Of a stretch of 64,000 nucleotides of DNA, positions 18,073 through 37,416 are shown piece after piece. Below the pieces are notes generated by a model. It worked only from the letters and a program-made list of their open reading frames with translations, had not been told where the DNA came from and did not search any database. The DNA lies in the sequence record ON631220.1. The stretch is one strand, 5' to 3'. Each line of letters opens with the position of its first letter. Position 1 is the stretch's first letter. A program made the translations under genes and the position numbers.

Positions 18073-20226
18073 TTAATACCAACTATTTCTAGAATATCTG
18101 TTAATACGCACTCTACGTGTACGCTCTGCACGAGCTTGATTTAACATGGCATCAATACCTACACCACTGCTATCATCAATATTAACACGTTTAGACAATT
18201 GTTTCAAACGCATTTCTAATTTAGCTGCAATCATCGGGTTCTTTTCACCGCGAAGCTGCTCAATTATCTCTTCAAATTCTTTACGACCTTGCTGTTCTTT
18301 CTCTTCATGATATTTTTCAAGTTGACTTGGTTCTTTATCACGTAATTTTGATTTACCTAAGATGGGAACATTGATACCATAATAAGATAAATTCTTACCT
18401 TGTATTAATAACCAATGGGCTAATAATAATGATACCACTAAGTCATCATGGTTCCCCTTAGCATGGTCAATTCTACCATTACGGATAGTAAGTGCTAATA
18501 ACTCCGTGCTAAGTGGTTTATCATAGATGGTCCTTACCCCATAATGCATTGCTGATGGTAATGCCACCTTAAATAGATTATCACGAGAATACTCGCCAGT
18601 ACCTGACGTTGCATAGCCAAAATAACGTTTAAACCTATCATAGAACGATGGTTGTCTTGCTGATAGCGGAGTTTGAATGTCTCTGAAATCATTTTCTCTT
18701 TCTGATGATTCATTGACAATTCTGTTAAAGATACGCCGGAATGGATCTACTCCTTTAGTATGTAGAATCAAGATAACATGGTCAATTAACGATATACCTA
18801 TTGATTTACGTTCTGGTATCCAAAGAATATTAGGATATCTCAATAGCATTGTTGCAAAGAAATTACCCATTGATGGCACTGATGATTCATTGTATCTACC
18901 AACACACATAACCTCATGTGTTTCTACGTCAACTACAACTGTGCCAGTGGCATCATTATCTTCGCCAAGAAGTTCGGATGGGTCAGTTCCCATAACGAAC
19001 CTACCCTTCATCATCCGTGAGGCTACTTCATCTTTTGGTATATACCAACGAAGTGTATAACCATCATCCGTGATTTCTGTCCAGCTTGGCTCACGCATAT
19101 TGTTTTTAAGTTTATCTTTCTCATCTGATGATAAGGGTGAACCTTCACCACCAACTGTCCAGATATTGAAGAAGTCCCTATCGGCAATTTCACCGAATGA
19201 ACCTGATTCACGAAGTGTGTTATATAACCACTCATCGGTACGTCCTAATTGACGGTGGTTAAATGCACCATAAACTAGAGGTTTCTTTCCAGTAGTGCCT
19301 TTTTCTACAACACGATGTAGAGTTTTCTGATCTGGTAGATCAAAGAATTCCTCTGACCATGGGCAGCCACCTGTTAAGAAGTGGTATGCAAATTCACCAT
19401 CACGGGTAGTGATGTTACCAGCTGTAGTTGTATAGATGTTACCATAAGGCTGGTTCTCACGGCGAGCTTCATCACGAGCTGCTGAACCTGACGCAAGTGC
19501 AACAGGTAGTGAAACACCAATTAAGTTAATATATGCAAGTTCGTCAAAGTGCATATTTGGTACAGTAAGACCACGACCTAATTTATCAGCTGCGTTAACA
19601 TCATTTCGACCAACAGCTGTTAGATACCTATTACCTAATCTAATACATGTCATCAATTCGGAGTTATCCGCATCTAATGGATCAGTATAGTGAATATACT
19701 CTGGTAACAAATCACGCATTACTTTTAGACGCTCGATGTTAGCATTGCGTAGTTTGTTATCTTTAGTAATAAGGTTAATCTTAGTGTTCTCACCCCAGAT
19801 ATACATCATGCCTGTATTGAGCACGTCAGTTGATACGGACTTACCTGTCTGACGAGGCTGTAATAAACCAAAATCTACGTGATTGAAATAACACCAGAAT
19901 AAAGCAATATTACCACGGTTAGCTTGAAATGGAATTGGATTATTACCCGAGTTAGGGGGGATTCTTGCCACTTCCCTAAAAAAATACCAAGGATTATATT
20001 TGCATTCCATGTTAATACGGAACTTCATTTCTTCGCTAAGATTAGGGTCATATGGATCCACCCCAATTAAACCTTGGTCCAATATAGCTAGTATAAATTT
20101 GTAATTTTTAATACCCATCTTTTTATAAGTTAAAGCTAACTTTATAAAAGATTTATTTTTAGTAGTAAGATCAACATTAGCGCTGTAGTATTTATCCCAA
20201 TCACTATTGAAAAGTATAACGTCCAT
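18073..20226 (-). CDS. terL: Terminase large subunit (phiKZ gp25-like)
   Basis: Walker A QPRQTGKS, Walker B MHFDE, nuclease VMGTDPSE and HDDLVVS. Confidence 0.93.
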   Translation of the reverse strand: MDVILFNSDWDKYYSANVDLTTKNKSFIKLALTYKKMGIKNYKFILAILDQGLIGVDPYDPNLSEEMKFRINMECKYNPWYFFREVARIPPNSGNNPIPFQANRGNIALFWCYFNHVDFGLLQPRQTGKSVSTDVLNTGMMYIWGENTKINLITKDNKLRNANIERLKVMRDLLPEYIHYTDPLDADNSELMTCIRLGNRYLTAVGRNDVNAADKLGRGLTVPNMHFDELAYINLIGVSLPVALASGSAARDEARRENQPYGNIYTTTAGNITTRDGEFAYHFLTGGCPWSEEFFDLPDQKTLHRVVEKGTTGKKPLVYGAFNHRQLGRTDEWLYNTLRESGSFGEIADRDFFNIWTVGGEGSPLSSDEKDKLKNNMREPSWTEITDDGYTLRWYIPKDEVASRMMKGRFVMGTDPSELLGEDNDATGTVVVDVETHEVMCVGRYNESSVPSMGNFFATMLLRYPNILWIPERKSIGISLIDHVILILHTKGVDPFRRIFNRIVNESSERENDFRDIQTPLSARQPSFYDRFKRYFGYATSGTGEYSRDNLFKVALPSAMHYGVRTIYDKPLSTELLALTIRNGRIDHAKGNHDDLVVSLLLAHWLLIQGKNLSYYGINVPILGKSKLRDKEPSQLEKYHEEKEQQGRKEFEEIIEQLRGEKNPMIAAKLEMRLKQLSKRVNIDDSSGVGIDAMLNQARAERTRRVRINRYSRNSWY

Positions 20227-20327
20227 ACACTGCCCTTTAAGGTACTTATTTTAATGTGCCATAATAAAGCCGTATTGAACGGCAATTGTAAAGTATAGTC
20301 TCATATGGATAATGTGTTAAAAGACGT

Positions 20328-20366
20328 TATAAAGCCCCCCTAGGTGGTTCCTAGGGGGGCTTTATA
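20328..20366. terminator. 17-bp perfect inverted repeat
   Basis: TATAAAGCCCCCCTAGG-TGGTT-CCTAGGGGGGCTTTATA right after the stop of the 552-aa gene. Confidence 0.75.
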
Positions 20367-20367
20367 T

Positions 20368-25698
<5,331 letters not shown>

Positions 25699-25822
25699 TA
25701 CCGCTACTCCTTAAATGGATAGTAAAAAATAACTAGTATGGTCAACTATGATTAATATCTATGATTGACTGTTAGTTAACACTCATAACATCGAGTTCAA
25801 AGCTCCAACTTGGGAGAATTAA

Positions 25823-27913
<2,091 letters not shown>

Positions 27914-27941
27914 GTGGGTGGCTTTCAGAATGAGGAAAAGT

Positions 27942-28825
<884 letters not shown>

Positions 28826-28826
<1 letters not shown>

Positions 28827-29008
28827 TGGCAAAAGTATATCCGATGGTCCCACCTGGGAAGACTCGCAACCAAGATCAGAACTTTGATATCAATGCATTC
28901 TTTTCTCCCGATGTAGTTGCGGCTGGCAATGGTCTGGTTAGTCAACTTCGGCGAAATGCTCAAACTGAAAAGAATGAGCAGACTGTCGGTACTAACCAAA
29001 AAAGCTAA
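28826..29008 (+). CDS. Small hypothetical protein
   Basis: 60 aa, TAATG coupling to the tube gene, terminator follows. Confidence 0.6.
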
Positions 29009-29016
29009 AGCATATC

Positions 29017-29034
29017 GCCTCCCTTCGGGGAGGC
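29017..29034 (+). terminator. UUCG hairpin followed by TTTATG
   Basis: GCCTCCC-TTCG-GGGAGGC. Confidence 0.8.
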
Positions 29035-29074
29035 TTTATGTTGTTAAAAACTATGCTAAAAAATAATTAAGATA

Positions 29075-29082
29075 TATATTAC
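29075..29082 (+). promoter_or_regulatory. Early promoter TATATTAC
   Basis: Exact motif after a terminator and upstream of an ORF. Confidence 0.75.
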
Positions 29083-29135
29083 ATGTTTGCTTATTCAATA
29101 AGTAAAACTAGATTGTAAATTTTAGAGAGGTTAAA

Positions 29136-30332
29136 ATGAAAATTAATGAACTTACAAATACTGATTTATTATTAGAAAACCACACTATTAATAAAATTGA
29201 TTGTTTACTAGGATTACTTTATAAACATAACTTCGATAAAGAATTTACATCTAAAATTAATTTTGGTATTCTAACGCAAATGACATATCAGAAGGATGAT
29301 GTCAGTTTCGTAGTGAAGCCTAGCTTTGAACAAGGTTTTATTAATATCACTTTTAGTAATGATACATCATGGAATGTTAATTTTGCACTCATCGATGGTA
29401 AACCTAAATACATTGGTTATACTGATCAAGAAGTGACAATTGAAGAGCCGCATAGCAGGGAATATTACACTCTAACAAGTGAGAGTATTCGGCAATTAAC
29501 AATTCAAGTATTAATTAATACATGGTATCAAGTAAATAATATTCCAAGCGAAGTATACGAGTATCAACATCACTGGAAACTGGATAAAAATATTCTTAAC
29601 GATGATGATATTATTCGATACTATTATCGTTTCATTTTAACTACCTATTGGGGAATGCCAACACCTGATAGACAAGCTACATTTGAAAAGTGGTTAGAAA
29701 ATGACATTGCAAATGGGGAAGGTGATGACACAACTAATAGTCATTTAAAATGGCTATTCAAACAGGATCATTCTAATATTACTGAAACAACTAATGTTAG
29801 AGATGAAATTAATGCATGTAGCATCCACCACATTTATCCGTCAGGCAATATTACGTGTGTTTTAACTGATAATAAGAAACCCACACGTTGGCGAGAATAT
29901 GTAATGCATGCCTTCTATAAAACCATTGGGTATACTTGGGTTAATCCAATTGAACTATATTGGCATAAAGGTACTTCTGTGGAGTATGTTAGTTTAGAAA
30001 CGGTTAATGCCAACCTTTTACTAGCTGCAAATATTTTCACTGTATACAGTAATTGGAATATTACGGAAAATAGCCATACTTCAGATAACTCTGTATCTAT
30101 CCCAGCTATTAACCTATTTTGCATCAATAGTGAAAATAGTCAATATGCAGTATCCTTTAAGAATAAAAATAATAACTCTTATGAATTATTTGATTCATTA
30201 TCCTTAAGTGGAAATCAAATAATTTCATACACTGAAACCGCTATTGAGAAATCTAATTGTTCTGGTCCATTGAAATTTGTAAGTGATCACGTTATCAAGT
30301 TTATTTGTAAGGAACTAACAACGTGTCGATGA
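29136..30332 (+). CDS. Hypothetical protein
   Basis: 398-aa AT-rich ORF, GAGG RBS. Confidence 0.75.
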   Translation: MKINELTNTDLLLENHTINKIDCLLGLLYKHNFDKEFTSKINFGILTQMTYQKDDVSFVVKPSFEQGFINITFSNDTSWNVNFALIDGKPKYIGYTDQEVTIEEPHSREYYTLTSESIRQLTIQVLINTWYQVNNIPSEVYEYQHHWKLDKNILNDDDIIRYYYRFILTTYWGMPTPDRQATFEKWLENDIANGEGDDTTNSHLKWLFKQDHSNITETTNVRDEINACSIHHIYPSGNITCVLTDNKKPTRWREYVMHAFYKTIGYTWVNPIELYWHKGTSVEYVSLETVNANLLLAANIFTVYSNWNITENSHTSDNSVSIPAINLFCINSENSQYAVSFKNKNNNSYELFDSLSLSGNQIISYTETAIEKSNCSGPLKFVSDHVIKFICKELTTCR

Positions 30333-30685
30333 AGAATGAAATTGATAGTTTAACTAAAATTATTAATGATTTATTAAAAGAGCACTTTACTAATCGTAAA
30401 GAATTTATTACGAAGATTGGTAATAAACGTATAGTCGTTCCGGGTGCTCTAGTTTTCTTCAAAAAGTTACGTGGAGAAATTACGGCTAAGGTTTATGCAA
30501 AGCGTAAAGTAGATGGTGGCTATCATGAGCCAGCTATTAGCACTGTATGTGTTAGTAATACAAATGTATCATGGGGTGGATTCAGTGGCACCCCACGTAA
30601 GGAAATTAAAGATAGTTTAACTATTTTTACTTATGTGGCTATTTACGATGCTCTGAAAAATTTATGTAATGATCAATCTAGCTGA
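30323..30685 (+). CDS. Hypothetical protein
   Basis: 120-aa ORF overlapping the upstream stop. Confidence 0.65.
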   Translation: MSMKNEIDSLTKIINDLLKEHFTNRKEFITKIGNKRIVVPGALVFFKKLRGEITAKVYAKRKVDGGYHEPAISTVCVSNTNVSWGGFSGTPRKEIKDSLTIFTYVAIYDALKNLCNDQSS

Positions 30686-30697
30686 TGTTACTTAACA

Positions 30698-30730
30698 GCA
30701 TAAGCCCTCCCATTACGGGAGGGCATTATG
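30698..30730. terminator. Palindromic element between convergent genes
   Basis: GCATAAGCCCTCCC-ATTAC-GGGAGGGCATTATG; arms identical to 40398-40430. Confidence 0.8.
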
Positions 30731-30731
30731 T

Positions 30732-32006
30732 TTATTTTGTTTTTGTATAGTAATTCTTAGTCATAGCACGTAGAATTAAATACAACATCAACCCAGTCCT
30801 AGTTGCCGCGATATATGCAGGTACCCTAGAATTAGTCGCATCCCTAACTAACTTCTCACCTTCTTCACGCATGAAAATAACTTGAGCATTTTCTGTTTTA
30901 GATGCCATTATCTTTGCTCGTATTTTTACAAGCAATGTTTGTAGATCATTATTTCTAGCAACCATTGTACGTAATGACTGCATATAATCGAAAGCATACA
31001 GTAAGCACTCATCCACGAGTTTCTCAAGCTTTTGTGCCCTAGGTTGGCCGATGTTACGGGAAAGGTGTCTAAGTGTCGCCATGAACATTTCTGGTGGCAT
31101 TGTGGGCATTATCTTTTCAATAATACCAACTAGCTCAGGTCTAATGAAATTTTGTTCTTGTTGCGCAACTTGATGGATGTAAGTAAGATATGAACGATAC
31201 CCGGTAGACTTATCACGTAGAATCTGTTCACCATCGGAATTGACAGCCATGTCTGATGAAATAACTAATTTACCACCTGATTGCAGTGTTCTGATATAAA
31301 CATCATAGTACTTGTTGATTAATTCACGTAGACGTGTTTGAGTATCAGATACCACACGGCCAGACCAATAATCCAGTTCTTGTGTTTTACCAGTTAAGAA
31401 AGGTGCATAAATAGAATCAGGTGCAATAATACCTTCGGCCCGTTGCCTAAATAGTTTCTCCCATGACCCAATTGTCTTAATGTCAAATCGATAATTAAGC
31501 GCGGCGAATGCAGCTTCGGCTACTTCTTTACGTGCAGGATATTTAAAGCGTGGTACAAGTAAAGATGTTAGATATTTAAAATGCAATACCATGAAACAAC
31601 TAACCATTGCTTCATGCCTAATATTCAAAGGAACATTAGTTGTTTTCAATAACCTAGAACAAATATAGGCAGGAAGGTGATTGAATACATCTGACATCAC
31701 ACGATGGTTGGGATCAATAAATTCAACAGACTTAAAATCTTGAACTAACAATGCTTCGTCGATTCGTAAAACATCATCATACCAGATCTCGCGATCCGTA
31801 TCGAAGAATCTGACTTGTTGCACACCTAGTAATACACCGCCAAAGAAAGCAGAATGATCGGCATTCCTATTCATAAAACTAATGGTAAAGTCAATAATTC
31901 TTTTACATAAATCTCGATCAAATTGAACATCCTTAAAATTTCTATCAAGGACTTCTTTAATAGTTGCCATTGGGAAAACCTCCTGGAGAATCAAATCATA
32001 AGTCAT
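30732..32006 (-). CDS. Conserved structural protein, phiKZ gp32-like
   Basis: 424-aa ORF (likely start MATIKEVLDR after GGAG); synteny. Confidence 0.55.
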   Translation of the reverse strand: MTYDLILQEVFPMATIKEVLDRNFKDVQFDRDLCKRIIDFTISFMNRNADHSAFFGGVLLGVQQVRFFDTDREIWYDDVLRIDEALLVQDFKSVEFIDPNHRVMSDVFNHLPAYICSRLLKTTNVPLNIRHEAMVSCFMVLHFKYLTSLLVPRFKYPARKEVAEAAFAALNYRFDIKTIGSWEKLFRQRAEGIIAPDSIYAPFLTGKTQELDYWSGRVVSDTQTRLRELINKYYDVYIRTLQSGGKLVISSDMAVNSDGEQILRDKSTGYRSYLTYIHQVAQQEQNFIRPELVGIIEKIMPTMPPEMFMATLRHLSRNIGQPRAQKLEKLVDECLLYAFDYMQSLRTMVARNNDLQTLLVKIRAKIMASKTENAQVIFMREEGEKLVRDATNSRVPAYIAATRTGLMLYLILRAMTKNYYTKTK

Positions 32007-32060
32007 AAAAGTACTTATGTTATTTATTCCATGTAATTACATAAATTAGAGGATAATAAA

Positions 32061-32930
32061 ATGGTTTATAAAATGATTAGTTTATTAAACCTAGCTAACC
32101 CTAGTTTAATTCAGCAATTAAGTCAATTGGTATCTAATGAAAATGATCTAGAAAATCTTAGAACTAGTGGTTGGCTAAAAGATGATCTTAATAATAATGT
32201 GTTTTTCATTTATTCTGAAACATCTTCTGATATTCTAGCTAGTCTAAGGATTTTTTTAAATATTGACCCATGGGTAGATAGTGGTAGTAACTATCAGAAA
32301 CTAGATGTTAGTCAAGTTAGTCGATACATGACAACTGCACTTGCTTGTACTAATAATGATTATGAAGTTAATGTTATTAAAACTATTTCTAAACTATTAT
32401 TATCATTTATTAATAATCAAATATGTTCAGTTAATAATATTAAGTTTAACAATAGTGGTAATGAGACTCAACTATCAATTGGTTTAATGCATGATTCTTA
32501 CACACTGGACATAGATTTAAATATTGGGATGAAATCATTTATTGATAATAAAACTATTATTGATAAATATAAATTATTTGAAACATCGTTAAGTAAAACT
32601 AAGAGTGAATTTAATTTTTCTATAGTCACTAATGACAAAGTTAATAAAGTTGCATCCATATACAAGACCGCAGCTACATGCGAATATGATGATGCAATTC
32701 TATTTAACAAAGATTCGCTAGTAAGTATAAAACCATTTATTGATGGACATTCACTTATTACTAATGAGCTTATTGAATCGCTTATCAAAGAAATTCAAAA
32801 TAAAGAAACTAAAAAATTAAAGTTAATCAAAGTTATGTGTTCCAATCATTATCAAAGAACTCATAGAGATTTAATCACAATTGTCTTATGCAGTCCTGTT
32901 AATATTTGGTCCATAACTATCCATGTATAG
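32061..32930 (+). CDS. Hypothetical protein
   Basis: 289-aa very AT-rich ORF, GAGGA RBS. Confidence 0.7.
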   Translation: MVYKMISLLNLANPSLIQQLSQLVSNENDLENLRTSGWLKDDLNNNVFFIYSETSSDILASLRIFLNIDPWVDSGSNYQKLDVSQVSRYMTTALACTNNDYEVNVIKTISKLLLSFINNQICSVNNIKFNNSGNETQLSIGLMHDSYTLDIDLNIGMKSFIDNKTIIDKYKLFETSLSKTKSEFNFSIVTNDKVNKVASIYKTAATCEYDDAILFNKDSLVSIKPFIDGHSLITNELIESLIKEIQNKETKKLKLIKVMCSNHYQRTHRDLITIVLCSPVNIWSITIHV

Positions 32931-32937
32931 GTAACAT

Positions 32938-33141
32938 ATGGATTTAAATCCTCATGACATCGATAATCAAGCAATATTTAATTATTTAGAAATGCTGCCA
33001 TCTACTTTTAAGATAACTGAATCTACTTTTATTGCTGCTGATTTTGATAGTAATGGCGATGTCATCATACAACTAGAGCAATCATTAATTTATACTGGCT
33101 GCTCATTATCTAAATTTAATGCGTGTTTTAACACTATGTAA
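32938..33141 (+). CDS. Hypothetical protein
   Basis: 67 aa, TAGG RBS, followed by hairpin 33149-33170. Confidence 0.6.
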   Translation: MDLNPHDIDNQAIFNYLEMLPSTFKITESTFIAADFDSNGDVIIQLEQSLIYTGCSLSKFNACFNTM

Positions 33142-33227
33142 ATATAATGCCCTCTCCATAAGGAGAGGGCTTATGATGTATTTTCTCTTTTATCATCTGT
33201 AGTACAATAACTCAAATATAATTGTAG

Positions 33228-34007
<780 letters not shown>

Positions 34008-34016
34008 GGTACAACC

Positions 34017-34832
34017 ATAGCTAAAAGAAAAGCTCGTGCAGCTAGTGCACCTGTGGCATTATCAGCAATTAGTGAACCTTCTAATGAAGTAACTAATGTA
34101 GAGGATAGTGACAATGAACTTGAAACCACTCCTACTGAAATTGTTTCTACTGAATCAAATGCAAATGAAAACATTACGACAGATTCAGAAACTACAACCC
34201 CAAGTGACACATCTACAGATGAGAAATCAGAAGACCCAAGCCCTGTTGAAGAAGTTGGAAATGGGGAATCAGAAGAGTCCGATCTGTCGGAGAATCAGGA
34301 AACTCCGGAAGCACCCATAGAAACGCCAGAGGAGCCTTCTGAAGATGAAAGTAATACAGGTGATCCAAGTGGTGACACATCTGAAGAAAAGCCAACAGAA
34401 GGCGATCCAGAGGCTCCTGAAGAGCCTACTGAACCTACTGACCCTGAAGAACCCACTGATCCAGTTGATCCGGTGGAACCACCACCTGAAGAACCTAAAG
34501 CATTCCAATTAAACTTAGCTACAGTGAAATCACAGTTTGGTGATTTACCAATGTATTGGGCTATTGAGTTAATTAAACGTTATTTCAGTGCACCACCTGC
34601 TATCTATATCCCGGATGTAGTCGATAACCCTGATTTCAAAATAATGGTTCAACAGGTGAAATTCTTTGGTAATGGTCTACGCCCGATATATAACTCTAAG
34701 AACATGATTACTTTCACCACTATGTTAGAAGGTGCAAGTGAAGCAACAATCTTAGAGGATATGAAGAAACAACAACCGGCATTACTAAGTTTATTACCTT
34801 GGTATGATCCAAACGCTGAAATAGATAAATGA
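34017..34832 (+). CDS. Acidic Pro/Glu-linker virion protein, phiKZ gp35-like; start codon uncertain (ATA 34017 or GTG 34053)
   Basis: Long E/P/T/D low-complexity region then a folded C-terminal domain; AAGGT RBS precedes an in-frame ATA-GCT-AAA-AGA. Confidence 0.6.
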   Translation: MAKRKARAASAPVALSAISEPSNEVTNVEDSDNELETTPTEIVSTESNANENITTDSETTTPSDTSTDEKSEDPSPVEEVGNGESEESDLSENQETPEAPIETPEEPSEDESNTGDPSGDTSEEKPTEGDPEAPEEPTEPTDPEEPTDPVDPVEPPPEEPKAFQLNLATVKSQFGDLPMYWAIELIKRYFSAPPAIYIPDVVDNPDFKIMVQQVKFFGNGLRPIYNSKNMITFTTMLEGASEATILEDMKKQQPALLSLLPWYDPNAEIDK

Positions 34833-34887
34833 ACATATTGCCTCCCCTAGGGGAGGCTTTATGCTGAGTTAAAAAAAGTTTAAGATC

Positions 34888-34895
34888 TATATTAC
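34888..34895 (+). promoter_or_regulatory. Early promoter TATATTAC
   Basis: Exact motif in GTTTAAGATC-TATATTAC context after hairpin 34840-34857. Confidence 0.75.
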
Positions 34896-34935
34896 TAATT
34901 TGCAATAATAAACAATATTCAAATAGGTATCTATA

Positions 34936-35748
34936 ATGACTGAATCAACTACTTTTAGTTTTACCCCTAATCCACATCTAAAAGAAATATACGATAATTT
35001 TAAAAATAAATATCCTAGAAACAGTGTAATCTACGGTTGGATAAATAAAGAAAATAATAAATGGGGAATTACCGGTAATACAAAATATAATTCAATTACA
35101 GGCGCTGGTCATAATGTTCAATACATTAATCATCTAATTTCTAGATTACTAGAAGAAGAACAGCATTTTGAGAATACACGTATTGAAAGAGCATGGCTTA
35201 ATTTAATTGAGTCATATGAAGACAGTTATAAAAGTGATGTATCCCACTATACTAACCTACCATTAAAAGCCACCTTACCAATTGGTAAGCTCAATGTATT
35301 TCAAATCGGAAGAGCACACTCAGATGAACTAGGTATGATTACACTAAAATCTACCAATACATCAGAAATCATTATTGAGTCTAAATCAGCTCTTGATGAA
35401 GCTCTTGATTCTATTGATTGCATTATACATGAAAACATTAAAACTGATTTTAAAGTGCTCATGCATGAATTTTATAAAAATGAACCATATAGACCTGATT
35501 GGTTAAAAGAAAATGGTACATGCAAATTTATTCAATTAATCTTTAACATTGGTTCATCATTTGATTTAATTTACTATGGATGGAAGTGGGAAGGTGTAAC
35601 CAGCAAAACAAGTGATCGAGACGTAACCGATATGCTGTATTCTGGTATTATTATTAATACATCAAAATTAGTTAATGATCCAGATAACGAACCGTTATTT
35701 GAACAATTAGTTAATGTATGTGAAGTATCAACTGCTAAAGTAAAATAA
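34936..35748 (+). CDS. Hypothetical early protein
   Basis: 270 aa downstream of an early promoter. Confidence 0.75.
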   Translation: MTESTTFSFTPNPHLKEIYDNFKNKYPRNSVIYGWINKENNKWGITGNTKYNSITGAGHNVQYINHLISRLLEEEQHFENTRIERAWLNLIESYEDSYKSDVSHYTNLPLKATLPIGKLNVFQIGRAHSDELGMITLKSTNTSEIIIESKSALDEALDSIDCIIHENIKTDFKVLMHEFYKNEPYRPDWLKENGTCKFIQLIFNIGSSFDLIYYGWKWEGVTSKTSDRDVTDMLYSGIIINTSKLVNDPDNEPLFEQLVNVCEVSTAKVK

Positions 35749-35784
35749 GTGTATTATTTTTAATAAATGAAGAGGTTAGAAAAA

Positions 35785-36606
35785 ATGACTCAATTTAACA
35801 TTACCTGGGAAGAACAACTCCAAGCCCTATCTAAGCTAGATGGTTTACATCATCCACATAAATTAGAGGATATCTCTATTCATTGGATTTTTAATCCAGT
35901 AGATATTTCAGTTTTTGTTACATGTGCGACCATGAGTAGTCATAACACCCACTATACGTTTAAACCGCAATCAAGTCCAGATGATGCCATGGTGCGAGAA
36001 TATGTGCTATCCCGCATTATTGCCGATAATCTGAAATATGTTGATAATTTATATCTAGCGGCCGGCGCCGTTATTTGCGGTGATGACGAATACATTAGTG
36101 ATGGTAATGTGATTGGAATTCATATCGCTGATGGCGTAGGAGGTAACAAGCTTATTCTACCAGTCATTGAATTTATGCCGGGCGTTCATGTTGATGATAT
36201 CAGTGATGAACTAATCGAGTCGTCATCTTATCAAGGTATTTTCAAAACAGATAACCTTGAAGAGTTTGAATTCCTTGTTGATAAGAAGAATGCAAATAAT
36301 GTAAAAGAATTAATTCTAGCCCATACTGATTATTTCGCTAATAAGTTGGCCTTTAAAGATCCAGCTGAACCAGCTGTAGAAATGTATCAGTTTATTGATC
36401 GGACTGAAGTATATTTTAGTTTCGAAGGATGTCATTCAGATGTTGAAGAAGTTCTATTTACTATTAAGATCACACGTTATAATCAACCGCTCAATTCAAC
36501 TGCGATGCAAGTATTTTTGAAAAACCCGCTATTACCGCACATCCGGACCATCGTCTGGCAGGCCAATCCGACGCAAAGGACGCGCGGTGTACTATTTAAT
36601 TTTTGA
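35785..36606 (+). CDS. dip: Degradosome-interacting protein Dip (phiKZ gp37; RNase E inhibitor)
   Basis: MTQFNITWEEQLQALSKLDGLHHPHKLEDIS recognised as Dip; two genes before PhuZ. Confidence 0.85.
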   Translation: MTQFNITWEEQLQALSKLDGLHHPHKLEDISIHWIFNPVDISVFVTCATMSSHNTHYTFKPQSSPDDAMVREYVLSRIIADNLKYVDNLYLAAGAVICGDDEYISDGNVIGIHIADGVGGNKLILPVIEFMPGVHVDDISDELIESSSYQGIFKTDNLEEFEFLVDKKNANNVKELILAHTDYFANKLAFKDPAEPAVEMYQFIDRTEVYFSFEGCHSDVEEVLFTIKITRYNQPLNSTAMQVFLKNPLLPHIRTIVWQANPTQRTRGVLFNF

Positions 36607-36853
36607 GAAATTCATTACTTTAATAGACTGTATTTCTCTTATTTATCTCTTTTCTTCTAAAAAGAAAATTATATAAATAGTATATTATGTGGGGGGGACC
36701 CTTTGGGGGGGTCCCATATAATATTCCTTATTATTAGAGAAGGGGTATAACCCATCCTTAGTTCGAGAATCTAATACTTTTAGTAATAAGGGATTGGCTA
36801 TAAAAAGCCAATACCGTTTAATTTGAAAATAGAAAAATTGGAAAAAATGAAAA

Positions 36854-37366
36854 ATGACTGAACAGAAAGATTACACTCTAGTACGTACTCCACTAACTCA
36901 TGATGAACTAAAGAAAGCATTTAAAGAAGATAACATTCATGCATCTGATGTTCAACTAGATAGGTTAGTTAAGTTATCTGAAGAAGTATGCAGTGCTAAA
37001 GGTAATTACAATATTCGTCCTTTAGCTAATACAAAAGGTATGGTATTCGAATTCACCAACAAAGATGGTGAGATCATTGCATTAATTCCTTTTGATATTT
37101 CTAAAGAACGTAAAAATGCCAAAATCCCAAAAACGAAATGGCTTACTGAACTTCTAAGTATTTACCGTTATAAAGTCAGTAAGATTGAAGTTAAGAATGT
37201 ACTTAACATGATTATTGATTGTGTTAAGTCTGGTGGCACTTGGCAAACCTATATGTGTCGAGATAAGCTTGCAATTGAATTTAAATCAGATATTGGTAAA
37301 GTGGTTAATGAATTAATTGTTCATCAAGAACGAACTCATGAAGAGATCGTTACTTTTAAGCACTGA
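36854..37366 (+). CDS. Hypothetical protein
   Basis: 170 aa between dip and phuZ. Confidence 0.75.
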   Translation: MTEQKDYTLVRTPLTHDELKKAFKEDNIHASDVQLDRLVKLSEEVCSAKGNYNIRPLANTKGMVFEFTNKDGEIIALIPFDISKERKNAKIPKTKWLTELLSIYRYKVSKIEVKNVLNMIIDCVKSGGTWQTYMCRDKLAIEFKSDIGKVVNELIVHQERTHEEIVTFKH

Positions 37367-37416
37367 TACCATTTACAAGTTGGTATATGAATTTATATTA
37401 AATACAATGAGGTGTA

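Noticed and set aside
34395-34500. Short tandem repeats in the acidic ORF as a CRISPR-like or regulatory array
   Set aside because: They are degenerate codon-level EPT/DP repeats of a protein linker, with no constant repeat-spacer structure
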